From positions 623,219-687,218 of the forward strand of contig JAVZCZ010000001.1 of NCBI GenBank assembly GCA_038874135.1: a stretch of 64,000 bases of DNA. The letters run 5' to 3'. Below are positions 8,995 to 17,799 of this stretch, one piece after another. Source of the stretch: Candidatus Woesearchaeota archaeon (GTDB lineage Archaea; Nanobdellota; Nanobdellia; Woesearchaeales; 0-14-0-80-44-23). Position numbers and translations under genes: made by a program. Each line of letters opens with the position of its first letter. Positions within the stretch are counted from its first letter, which is position 1. The notes under the pieces were generated by a model. It was not told the DNA's origin. It did no database searches and was given only the letters and a program-made list of their open reading frames with translations.

Positions 8995-10977
8995 TTATTG
9001 CACCCCGCAGAAGTAACTGTTCCAATAGTACATGTAGTTTATTACAGGGATATAATAATTCTCATCCGCGGCATTTTTATTGTTGTAAGTTTTTATTGCA
9101 CACCTGAGCTTTTCCTGCGTTTCAGCATTCACATATTCCTTACAATAGCTATCGTCAGTAACATAACTCTTTATCCTCTCGGCAGCACATACTATGTCAG
9201 CCACAACATCATAGGCCGGAGCACAGCACTTACATCCTGCAATGTGATAAGGTATCCCTTCAGCATTTAATACATCCCGATTTGTTCCCAAGCTTGATTC
9301 CTTAATCATCATTGCCAGCAGCAACGCCCTGGTTTGCTGTTCATCCAACCAATCTGGCTTATACCTTGTTATTGCCTTGTCCAGCCCCTCTTTTATCAGG
9401 TCTGAGAGGGGTCCGCTGTTGTAAATCTTAACATAATACTTCATATACTCAGGCAGGGACTCCGCCTTGTTTGTACAGTCAAAGCTGGACTCAATCTTTG
9501 GACCAGTGTAAATTCCTAACCCGCCAAAATCCTCAGTGCTTCCACTTTCGTCATTTTCCAAAACATTCAGTTCGTATGTGGAAGAGAGCCTGTACGAGTA
9601 GGATGCACTCACCACTATGAACCCCCTCATGTATCCCGTGCTTCCCAAATTGATATTGTTCTCTGCTTTCAAACCGCACACAAAGCTTCTAACAGTTGTT
9701 ATATTATAATCCGGAGGGATTATATCCTTATCCAGCACATAGGTCTGTCCCGAGCCCGTGAAAGGGCAGGATTCCTTATTTGGAATAAGTGTTAGTCCTA
9801 AAGGTAGCTGAACTTTTATGTTGCTTACGCCAATTGCATCTCCAGAAAAGGCACCCCACTGGTTGGTCAAGGCGAAAACAAGCTCTGCGCTATTTCCCTC
9901 AGGTCCGTTAATTGTCATCGGAGTTGGATTAACTTTTATGCCGATGTTGATTGGGCCGTCATTAAACACTGCTTTCTTTTCGGGGTCAATCTTGTAATAT
10001 TTTAGTAAGAAGTCCCTGCCATACTGCTGCATGAGGGCATTTCTCCTGCTGTAATCCATCAAGTGTACTGGCAGGTAGGATGTAGTGTTAAATGGGAATA
10101 CAATTGAGAATTTCAGCTTGTTTATTCCTGAACTCGTTTTTATTGTTTCTAGGGTGCAGCTTATCGTCCTCTTGTTGCTGCTTATATCAGGAAAAGGTAT
10201 CTGCTCCGGGGTAGGCTTTCCAGTGATCCTGCCATTTGAGCAGTTTGTAATCACTGTTATGTCAGGGTATATTCTAAGGTTTTCTCCTTCTACATCAGCA
10301 TATACCTCAACAGAGTCTCCAACATAGTAATCCTTGTCAGGCAGCAGCAGCTGGGGTTTGGATATTGAAATTCCTATCAGGTCTTGAGCCTCCCCTGTTG
10401 GGCAGTTTCCAGATGCGCACTGAATCTGCGTATCCACATAGTTTTTGACCTGATTGTTGAATCTCTGCAGCGACTCGCTTATGCTTCCGAAGGTTTTTGC
10501 AGCAGTTCCTTCTTTTTTATTCTCAGCACTATACACCTTTACCAGGGGCCAGAACATCATTAGGCCCCACACGACTAGCAGGAGAATAACCATGCTTAGG
10601 AAGTATTTGCTCCTGATTAGAGCTGGCAGTATCAACACTCCTACTCCTATGAGTATGGTCCACACTAGGGGGATTCCTGCAATGTAAGCAGCAATTGCAC
10701 CTCCCAGTGCAGCTAAAATTTCTAAGGAAGTATATGTCGGGTTTTCGGAGAACTTGGACATTGAATTGCGATAGGCATCTGCCAGCTTCTGGCCTCCAGC
10801 CTTAAAGGCTCCCTTTATTCCTCTACCAATATTAGAAAAAACCTCTGCTGCTTTTTTCGCAGCAGCATTACTCTCAATTCCGCTTTTTCTATCATCAATT
10901 CTCGGGATTCGTCCCGCTATCGCTTCATCCACCATCCTCTTTTGCTCCAAACTCCTTTTAAGGCAGGTAATATTCAA
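8995..10977 (-). CDS. Polytopic membrane protein with a large extracytoplasmic domain (possible divergent lysozyme-like C-terminal region)
   Basis: 660 aa. A cytoplasmic N-terminus of about 90 aa is followed by 3-4 TM helices (GIPLVWTILIGVGVLILPALI, YFLSMVILLLVVWGLMMFWPLV) and then a domain of about 480 aa. The C-terminal MMIKESS...YNNKN weakly resembles the SLT E-S / YN motifs. Confidence 0.5.
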   Translation of the reverse strand: MNITCLKRSLEQKRMVDEAIAGRIPRIDDRKSGIESNAAAKKAAEVFSNIGRGIKGAFKAGGQKLADAYRNSMSKFSENPTYTSLEILAALGGAIAAYIAGIPLVWTILIGVGVLILPALIRSKYFLSMVILLLVVWGLMMFWPLVKVYSAENKKEGTAAKTFGSISESLQRFNNQVKNYVDTQIQCASGNCPTGEAQDLIGISISKPQLLLPDKDYYVGDSVEVYADVEGENLRIYPDITVITNCSNGRITGKPTPEQIPFPDISSNKRTISCTLETIKTSSGINKLKFSIVFPFNTTSYLPVHLMDYSRRNALMQQYGRDFLLKYYKIDPEKKAVFNDGPINIGIKVNPTPMTINGPEGNSAELVFALTNQWGAFSGDAIGVSNIKVQLPLGLTLIPNKESCPFTGSGQTYVLDKDIIPPDYNITTVRSFVCGLKAENNINLGSTGYMRGFIVVSASYSYRLSSTYELNVLENDESGSTEDFGGLGIYTGPKIESSFDCTNKAESLPEYMKYYVKIYNSGPLSDLIKEGLDKAITRYKPDWLDEQQTRALLLAMMIKESSLGTNRDVLNAEGIPYHIAGCKCCAPAYDVVADIVCAAERIKSYVTDDSYCKEYVNAETQEKLRCAIKTYNNKNAADENYYIPVINYMYYWNSYFCGVQ

Positions 10978-12166
10978 CTTTTAATTCTGATATGTAAATT
11001 GTATTTATAGGTTCTATTTTTATCGCGTTGTTGCCTTCAAGAATTTCTGATGAGGAGAAGTTTATAGAATACTCAACATTTTTAGTGCTAACCCTCTTGA
11101 GAATGTTGTTCAGGCGTATGTTGAACACCTTTTCGGAATTGTCAGGGAAGCGCATGTACATTCTTACTCCGAGAGTTCCGCTTTTTATTTTTGAATAGTC
11201 GCTCTGACTGATATCAAAATAGTAAATCGGGTAGGATATCTCTTTGAATTGGGGAACTATCCTTATCTGTTCTATAGAATAGAGCCCGCTATCTGTTGAG
11301 AATGTTATCCTGTTTTGGCCCTGCTTGAAGTATTCTGGCGAGGCTTCTATGCTATAGGGTGAGCCGCATTCGGGCACGAATGCTGCAACCTCGTTCTGAT
11401 TTATTGTGATTGTAAGCTTTCCGCGGTTGGAAGAAGCGCAGTCCGCATAAAACTTCAGATTATACTTTTCTGCGTATGCAATTTCAAAATCTGAGATTTC
11501 GAAGGAAGCTGTTGCTTTCTGGTATGAAAGGTCAGTTATGTATCCGGTTATCTTTATGTCCAGTAAGTTGTAGTTGTTTTCCCTCCAGATTGCAAGCCCG
11601 GGACTTGAAACTGAAAATTCCAAAGTGTTTGTGCCTTCAACAAGATTATCCTTTGGAAGTTGAATCGGGTTTGGATTGTACGAAGTTATTTCGCTGTTGA
11701 ATATCTCCTCTCCATTAAGCTTTATTATGAGCCTTCCGGAGTGGGAGCTAGCTGCAAAAGAGAGCATCAGATTATCTACAGCTTCTAAGTTTTTAACTTC
11801 AAAAGTCACCTGTTTAGAAATCGCTCCGAATATGTTGTTCTTTATATAGAAGGGGTTTATCGTCTTTATCACAGCCGCATTTCTTGTAACCTTTACAACT
11901 AAGTCGTTAACCGAGTGGCCATCTGAATATTTGTCATACATTGAAGAGGCATCAAGCCTTCCAGGCTTTTCATCCAGCAGAACCTTATTGGCTGAACTGT
12001 CCTGAGAGCTTGAGTTAGTAGCGTTTTCAGTTAGAAGTTCCTGTCTGGTTTCAGGGGGTAAGAAGAGGATGTAAATTATTATTAAAAGTCCAATGAGTCC
12101 AACAAGAACTCCTGCGCTGGTTGCAGTCTGGGCCTTCCTATTTTTTTTAAGGGGTTGAGCGAGCAT
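10958..12166 (-). CDS. N-terminally membrane-anchored extracellular protein
   Basis: 402 aa with a single N-terminal TM (GVLVGLIGLLIIIYILFLPP), then a Ser-rich linker and a beta-rich domain. It is the first gene of the five-gene minus-strand cluster and overlaps the next gene by 20 nt. Confidence 0.5.
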   Translation of the reverse strand: MLAQPLKKNRKAQTATSAGVLVGLIGLLIIIYILFLPPETRQELLTENATNSSSQDSSANKVLLDEKPGRLDASSMYDKYSDGHSVNDLVVKVTRNAAVIKTINPFYIKNNIFGAISKQVTFEVKNLEAVDNLMLSFAASSHSGRLIIKLNGEEIFNSEITSYNPNPIQLPKDNLVEGTNTLEFSVSSPGLAIWRENNYNLLDIKITGYITDLSYQKATASFEISDFEIAYAEKYNLKFYADCASSNRGKLTITINQNEVAAFVPECGSPYSIEASPEYFKQGQNRITFSTDSGLYSIEQIRIVPQFKEISYPIYYFDISQSDYSKIKSGTLGVRMYMRFPDNSEKVFNIRLNNILKRVSTKNVEYSINFSSSEILEGNNAIKIEPINTIYISELKVEYYLP

Positions 12167-12269
12167 TCTGATCCTCCAACACTTTCTTAATTACTACTCT
12201 AAACAAATAACTTTATATATAAATCTTTTCCTATTTCACTACTTGAAAAAGAGTGAAAAACGAGGCATT

Positions 12270-13322
12270 ATGAAAATACTCTATAAGAATATTAAAAAAG
12301 GAATAATTAAGGTAAGAGCTGAGTGCTCTGACGATTTATGGGTACTTTCAGAAGTTATAAGTCGGGGCGACACAGTTTCGGGCAGAACGTTTCGCAAGAT
12401 TAAACTTGGCGGCGAGGATTCTAAGTCTGAAAGCTACAGGAAAGAGGTCTACCTCTCTATAATTGTAGAGACCATTGAATTTTATGAATATGGCAACGAG
12501 CTCAGAATATCTGGGAAGATAATCAATGCTCAGGAAGATATTCCCGCGGGAGCATATCACACAATTTCAGTTAGGGAAGGGAGTGAGATAGAGATAGAGA
12601 AGAAAGACTGGCTAAACTTTCAATTGGAAAAGCTGGAACAGGCGCAAAACAGAGCACCCAACCTGCTCATATGCCTCTGCGACAGGGATTCTGCAGAGTT
12701 TTACAGGCCAAGGTTTCAAGGGTATGAAAAGCTTCTTCAACTGAGGGGGGAAGTTGAAAAGAAGATGATGAAGAGCGAGTGCAAGGACTTCTACGCAGAG
12801 ATAAAAAAAGCAGTTTTGGAATATAACAAGCGGCTTAATCCGGATAAGATAATTGTAGCGAGTCCGTCCTTCTGGAAGGAGTCTCTTTCCAAAGCGTTAG
12901 ATTGTGAGGAGCTTAAGGGGAAGCTTTTATACTCAAGCATAAGTTCAGCAGATTCTACTTCGCTATCAGAATTGATGAAGAGGCCAGAGGTTTTGGAAGT
13001 TTTGAAGCATGACAGGATTGCAAATGAGGACCGCCTGGTTTCTGAGCTTCTTGAGAAGGTTGCTAAGGGAAGGTTGGCAGAGTACGGTATTGAGCAGGTG
13101 CGGCTTGCAACCTCATTGGGCGCTGTTGATAAGCTGTTAGTGGCAGATTCATTGATAAGCGAAGCGGTCAGATCTCGCACTTATTCTGAGTTTGAGGAAC
13201 TCTTTAAGAATGTTGAGAAGATGGGCGGGAAGGTTTTTATTCTCTCCTCAAAGGATGCTCCAGGTCAGAGGCTTCTTGGCCTTTCAGGAATTGCAGCGAC
13301 ACTCAGGTTTCCAATAAGCTAA
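12270..13322 (+). CDS. pelA: Pelota/Dom34 mRNA surveillance factor
   Basis: Pelota-like N-terminus MKILYKNIKKGIIKVRAECSDDLWVLSEVI with eRF1-like central and C-terminal domains. The start is trimmed to the internal MKIL. Confidence 0.8.
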   Translation: MKILYKNIKKGIIKVRAECSDDLWVLSEVISRGDTVSGRTFRKIKLGGEDSKSESYRKEVYLSIIVETIEFYEYGNELRISGKIINAQEDIPAGAYHTISVREGSEIEIEKKDWLNFQLEKLEQAQNRAPNLLICLCDRDSAEFYRPRFQGYEKLLQLRGEVEKKMMKSECKDFYAEIKKAVLEYNKRLNPDKIIVASPSFWKESLSKALDCEELKGKLLYSSISSADSTSLSELMKRPEVLEVLKHDRIANEDRLVSELLEKVAKGRLAEYGIEQVRLATSLGAVDKLLVADSLISEAVRSRTYSEFEELFKNVEKMGGKVFILSSKDAPGQRLLGLSGIAATLRFPIS

Positions 13323-14503
13323 GCATTCCTTTTCTGCTTCCTCAGCACCCTTTCAGTTTCAAGAGCTATCATCCTCTCTTCATCAGCCTTTACAACTACA
13401 ACCTTTACAGGTGAATCTTTCTCTGAGATCAACTCTTCATTTTTCATATTCTTCTCTTTGTCAATGTGCACTCCTAAAAATTCAAGATTCTTAAGAACTG
13501 CACTTCTTAGAACTCCAGAGTTTTGGCCTATTCCCCCAGTGAATATTATGACATCAACTCCACCAAGCGCAGCAGCATATGCCCCGATGTATTTGCTTAT
13601 CCGGTAAGCAAACATCTCAAAGGCAAGGCGGGCTTTTGGGCTTCCGCTCTTCAGCCCCTTCAACACGTCTCTGAAGTCAGAAGAATCCCCCATTATGCCA
13701 ATCACTCCAGATTTCCTATTCAGCATTGTTTCTAATTCTTCAACGCTCATTCCATTTTTGAGAAGGTGAATTATTATTCCAGGGTCTACATCTCCGCACC
13801 GCGTCCCCATCATTAAGCCCTCCATTGGAGTGAAGCCCATGCTGGTGTCTATGCACCTACCGCTAAGCACCGCAGCTACAGAAGATCCACCTCCAAGATG
13901 GCAGCTTATTACCCTTAAATTTTTTAACTTTTTTCCGAGGATCTCAGCAGCTTTTAAGCAGGCGTAGTTGTGGCTTATGCCGTGAAAGCCATACCTCACT
14001 ATGCCTTCCTTGTAATATTTCAGCGGGATTGGATATGCTCTGCTCCTTTTAGGAATGGATGTGTGGAATGCAGTGTCAAAAACAGCCACTTGAATTGCTT
14101 TGGGCATAAGCTTTGCGCACGCTCTGATTCCGAGTAGATTTGCAGGATTATGAAGGGGTGCAAGCCTTGAATATCTCCTTATTGTAGAGATCACATGCTT
14201 TGTTATTACTACGCTCTCATTGAACTTTCCCCCGTGCACAACCCTGTGTCCAACAGCACCTATTTCAGACAGGCTTCTTATAACTGAGTTCGCAGTTAGA
14301 ATTCTAAAAATTTCATTCAGCGCTTCGCTATGATTTTTGAGTTTGCATCTAAAAGTTTTTTCTCCATCACAGTTTAATATTATGAATGAGCCCGGCAGCC
14401 CTATCCTATCAGCAATACCCCAGCAAACCTTCTTTCCTCGAGAGAATAGTGCATACTTTATGCTAGTGCTTCCAGAATTTATTGAGAGTATCTTGCTAAA
14501 CAT
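13319..14503 (-). CDS. ackA: Acetate kinase
   Basis: 394 aa. The N-terminus ILSINSGSTSIKYALF is the acetate/propionate kinase signature 1, followed by the ASKHA fold. It is tail-to-head with pta. Confidence 0.85.
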   Translation of the reverse strand: MFSKILSINSGSTSIKYALFSRGKKVCWGIADRIGLPGSFIILNCDGEKTFRCKLKNHSEALNEIFRILTANSVIRSLSEIGAVGHRVVHGGKFNESVVITKHVISTIRRYSRLAPLHNPANLLGIRACAKLMPKAIQVAVFDTAFHTSIPKRSRAYPIPLKYYKEGIVRYGFHGISHNYACLKAAEILGKKLKNLRVISCHLGGGSSVAAVLSGRCIDTSMGFTPMEGLMMGTRCGDVDPGIIIHLLKNGMSVEELETMLNRKSGVIGIMGDSSDFRDVLKGLKSGSPKARLAFEMFAYRISKYIGAYAAALGGVDVIIFTGGIGQNSGVLRSAVLKNLEFLGVHIDKEKNMKNEELISEKDSPVKVVVVKADEERMIALETERVLRKQKRNA

Positions 14504-15510
14504 TATTCTTCACCAGCCTGAACAGCCGTTATAGCAGCTACCTCAACTATGTCTTGAACGCTGCACCCCCTGGAAAGGTCATTCACAGGCCTGGCAAGTC
14601 CCACAATTATGGGACCGACTGCCCTTGCCCCTCCAAATCTTTCCACAAGCTTATACCCTATGTTTCCAGCGTTAAGGTCTGGAAAGATTAGAACGTTAGC
14701 CCTTCCCCTAATCTTTGAGCCAGGCGCCTTCCTCTTAGCAACCTCTGGAACTATTGCAGCGTCCACCTGAAGTTCTCCCTCAACTAGCAGGTTAGGCATC
14801 TTTTCAGAAGCTATCCTCACGGCATTTTTTACCTTCTCAACAAGCGGGTGGCTGGCGCTTCCGAGTGTTGAGAATGAAAGCATCGCAATCCTCGGCTTAA
14901 TGCCCAACTGAATTGCAAATTCTGCAGCATTTTTAGATATCTCTGCCAGCTGGTTCTCATCAGGATTAGGATTTACTCCGCAGTCTGAGAATATGAAGTT
15001 GCCCATCTTGTGGATCATGAGAAAACATCCGCTGGCAATTGAAACGCCAGGCTTCGTCTTTATTATCTGAAACGCAGGCCTCAGCGTGTGTTCAGTTGGG
15101 TGGGCAGCTCCAGATACTATGCCATCTATTCTTCCATCTTTTAGGAGCATCGCTGCTAGGTACATCTTGTCATTCAACAAGGTTTTTGCTTCTGAAATTG
15201 TAAGCCCCTTTTCCTTTCTAATGTCGTAAAGTCGCGCTGCCATCTCTTCATAATCTAAACTTTTCGTGTCTATTATCTCAACTTTTCCGACAATACTTCC
15301 TGGTAACTTCTTCTCTATACTGCTCCTTTCCCCAAGTAGAACTGGAATTGCTATCCGCTTTTTGGCTATTATCGCAACTGCTTTTAGGATTCTATCATCT
15401 TCATCTTCAGGAAATAGTATCCTCTTTCCGAGCCTTCTTGCTCTGCTTTCAATTCTTGCGAGAATGTCCATAATGCGCCTCCTTTCAGGTTGATATTCTT
15501 CTGTTTGCAT
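14503..15510 (-). CDS. pta: Phosphate acetyltransferase
   Basis: 335 aa Pta/PTAC domain (GAAHPTEHTLRPAFQIIKT, NVLIFPDLNAGNIGYKLVER). It sits immediately upstream of ackA. Confidence 0.85.
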   Translation of the reverse strand: MQTEEYQPERRRIMDILARIESRARRLGKRILFPEDEDDRILKAVAIIAKKRIAIPVLLGERSSIEKKLPGSIVGKVEIIDTKSLDYEEMAARLYDIRKEKGLTISEAKTLLNDKMYLAAMLLKDGRIDGIVSGAAHPTEHTLRPAFQIIKTKPGVSIASGCFLMIHKMGNFIFSDCGVNPNPDENQLAEISKNAAEFAIQLGIKPRIAMLSFSTLGSASHPLVEKVKNAVRIASEKMPNLLVEGELQVDAAIVPEVAKRKAPGSKIRGRANVLIFPDLNAGNIGYKLVERFGGARAVGPIIVGLARPVNDLSRGCSVQDIVEVAAITAVQAGEE

Positions 15511-15640
15511 TTAAATTTTTTCCGATTTACAAATTTTAACCCACTAATTTAAAATAAACAAAAAGCTTTATAAATCGCTCAGATTCCCCAAAGTGGATAA
15601 GAGCATAACAAAACAAAATTGCCCATTTGAGGTGTTACTA

Positions 15641-16033
15641 ATGACTACCAAGATTGTAGGAGCAAATTCTCTTCAGAAGGGAAACTATGTAATAATGGAA
15701 GGGGCAGCATGCCGAATAACTGATGTTCAGATATCAAAACCTGGAAAGCACGGGCATTCTAAGGTTAGGTTTGAGGGGGTCGGCCTTCTAGATAACAAGA
15801 AGAGGGTAATGGTGCTGCCTGGACACGACAATGTGGAAGTGCCAATAATTGAAAAGAAGACAGCTCAGGTGCTTTCAATATCGGGAGATAAGGCAACTGT
15901 GATGGATATGGACTCCTACGAGACATTTGAGCTGGAAATTCCGGAAGAGCTGAAGGGACAGGTCACAGAGGGATGCCAGGTTATATACTGGGTGGTGCTG
16001 GACGCTCGGGTCATGAAGCAGTTAAAAGTGTGA
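15641..16033 (+). CDS. eif5a: Translation initiation factor 5A (aIF5A)
   Basis: The hypusine-site motif SKPGKHGHSK and an SH3-like plus OB fold. The start is trimmed to MTTKIVG. Confidence 0.85.
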   Translation: MTTKIVGANSLQKGNYVIMEGAACRITDVQISKPGKHGHSKVRFEGVGLLDNKKRVMVLPGHDNVEVPIIEKKTAQVLSISGDKATVMDMDSYETFELEIPEELKGQVTEGCQVIYWVVLDARVMKQLKV

Positions 16034-16043
16034 GGTTATAAAA

Positions 16044-16202
16044 ATGAAGTTTCCAGAAGCAGAAGCAAGACTTTTTAAGAATGTTTTTGTGTGCAGAAAA
16101 TGCAAGAGCAAGGTTAGGGCTCCGATGATGAAGGTCTTGGCTAAGAAGGTTTCCTGCAGAAGGTGTGGGAGCAAGGCACTTAAGCCGGTCAGGAAGAAGT
16201 AA
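16044..16202 (+). CDS. rpl40e: 50S ribosomal protein L40e
   Basis: 52-aa ORF not in the track (under 60 aa): MKFPEAEARLFKNVFVCRKCKSKVRAPMMKVLAKKVSCRRCGSKALKPVRKK. It has the C4 zinc ribbon and basic composition of L40e. Confidence 0.7.
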   Translation: MKFPEAEARLFKNVFVCRKCKSKVRAPMMKVLAKKVSCRRCGSKALKPVRKK

Positions 16203-16256
16203 GCCCTTGATTTCTCTAGATATTCCAAAAGATTATTAACTACACATTGTTCTACA

Positions 16257-17204
16257 ATGGTAATGCTTACCCCCATGCCTAATGCAGATTCAATAGAGTT
16301 TAAGCAGGAGTTTATAGAAAGATACTCTCAGCTTACGGATTTTGAAGAGTTCAGAAGGGTTTCTTTGTCATTTCCGCGAAAGGCATTTAGAATAAATACG
16401 CTTAAGGCAGATGTAAGGGATGTGTTAGAAGGCTTTAAGAGGGAGTGGGATATAAAGCAGGTGCCCTGGTGTGCTGAAGGATTCTTTGTGGAGAGCGAGC
16501 GCCGAGACATTGGAAACACCCTGGAACATTCTTTAGGCTTAATATACGTGCAAGATGCTGCTTCAATGATTCCAGCAGTAGTGCTTAATCCAAGCCCAGG
16601 CGAGGTTGTGCTGGATATGTGTGCTGCTCCCGGTTCAAAAAGCACACAAATCGCTCAGTATATGAAAAATCAGGGGCTTCTAATTTCTAATGACAGCGAT
16701 TATAAAAGGATAAAGGCATTAGCCATGAACCTTCAAAGGTGCGGGGTGGCAAATGCAGTAATAACGCTGACAGATGCTCAGAAGTATTCTTTTATGAAAA
16801 ACTTTTTTGATAAAATACTCCTAGACGCGCCATGCTCAGGCACAGGCACTATCAACAAGTCTGTTGAAACAATAAAGATGTGGAATCCCTCAATGGTGAA
16901 GAGGTTATCCAGCATACAAAAGCGCCTAATCAATGCAGCATTTTCAGCATTAAAGCCCGGGGGAACCCTTGTCTATTCAACCTGCACAATGGAGCCCGAA
17001 GAGAATGAATCAGTTGTTAACTTCCTGCTATCTAAGCATGAAGATGCAAATCTGGAAGAAATTAGTCTGAACATAAAAAGAAGTCGTCCAATAATGGAAT
17101 TTGAAGGGGAAAGGTTCAGAGAGGAAATCTCTAAATGTTTAAGAATATGGCCTCAAGACAACCTGACAGAAGGATTCTTTGTAGCGAAGATTTTGAAAGG
17201 CTAA
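16257..17204 (+). CDS. NOL1/NOP2/Sun family RNA cytosine-C5 methyltransferase
   Basis: SAM-binding motif DMCAAPGSKST and catalytic motifs DAPCSGTG and STCT. This is an archaeal Trm4/Nsun-like enzyme. Confidence 0.8.
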   Translation: MVMLTPMPNADSIEFKQEFIERYSQLTDFEEFRRVSLSFPRKAFRINTLKADVRDVLEGFKREWDIKQVPWCAEGFFVESERRDIGNTLEHSLGLIYVQDAASMIPAVVLNPSPGEVVLDMCAAPGSKSTQIAQYMKNQGLLISNDSDYKRIKALAMNLQRCGVANAVITLTDAQKYSFMKNFFDKILLDAPCSGTGTINKSVETIKMWNPSMVKRLSSIQKRLINAAFSALKPGGTLVYSTCTMEPEENESVVNFLLSKHEDANLEEISLNIKRSRPIMEFEGERFREEISKCLRIWPQDNLTEGFFVAKILKG

Positions 17205-17256
17205 ACCCTTTTGCCATTTAAAAAAGTTTATATAATACCCACTCATCTTTTATCCC

Positions 17257-17799
17257 ATGGAAGAGGTGGTCAGGCAGGACATTCTTTCAGTTCTCTCAGA
17301 TGCAGAAAAATATATCAGAGAATCAAAAATATCTAACCTGAAGGAGCTTAGCAACCACACAATACACAACTGCAGCATATTTCAAGACCACGATTCAATA
17401 ATCATAGCTGTTCTGATATATTCCCTCTCCAAAGTTATGGAGAAAACTGATGGAGAGTTTTCTGCTCACGCTTTACGAAGCCTAGCGTATGCTAGAAATA
17501 ACCTCCTCTTAAACCATGAAGAGGAATATCAGAAGAGCATACAGGAGCTGATGGATTATATAGCCAAAACTGATAGCGCAACTAAGAAATATATACAGGA
17601 AGTAATCCTGCAGGCAATGGTTAAGAAGGGAGGTCGCATCTATGAGCACGGCATATCGCTAACCAGAGCAGCTTCAATTCTGGGAGTTAGCCCGTGGGAG
17701 CTCATGACATATGTTGGGCAGAGTGCAGAGGTTGACGAGTTTATCTCAGGCAGAACTAGGGAGCGCCTTAATTTTGCCCGTTCGCTTTTTAAGAAGTGA
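17257..17799 (+). CDS. UPF0175-like (COG2886) putative antitoxin-domain protein with N-terminal extension
   Basis: 180 aa. The C-terminal GISLTRAASILGVSPWELMTYVG matches the UPF0175 HTH signature. There is a 4-nt ATGA overlap with the downstream PIN-like gene. Confidence 0.45.
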   Translation: MEEVVRQDILSVLSDAEKYIRESKISNLKELSNHTIHNCSIFQDHDSIIIAVLIYSLSKVMEKTDGEFSAHALRSLAYARNNLLLNHEEEYQKSIQELMDYIAKTDSATKKYIQEVILQAMVKKGGRIYEHGISLTRAASILGVSPWELMTYVGQSAEVDEFISGRTRERLNFARSLFKK

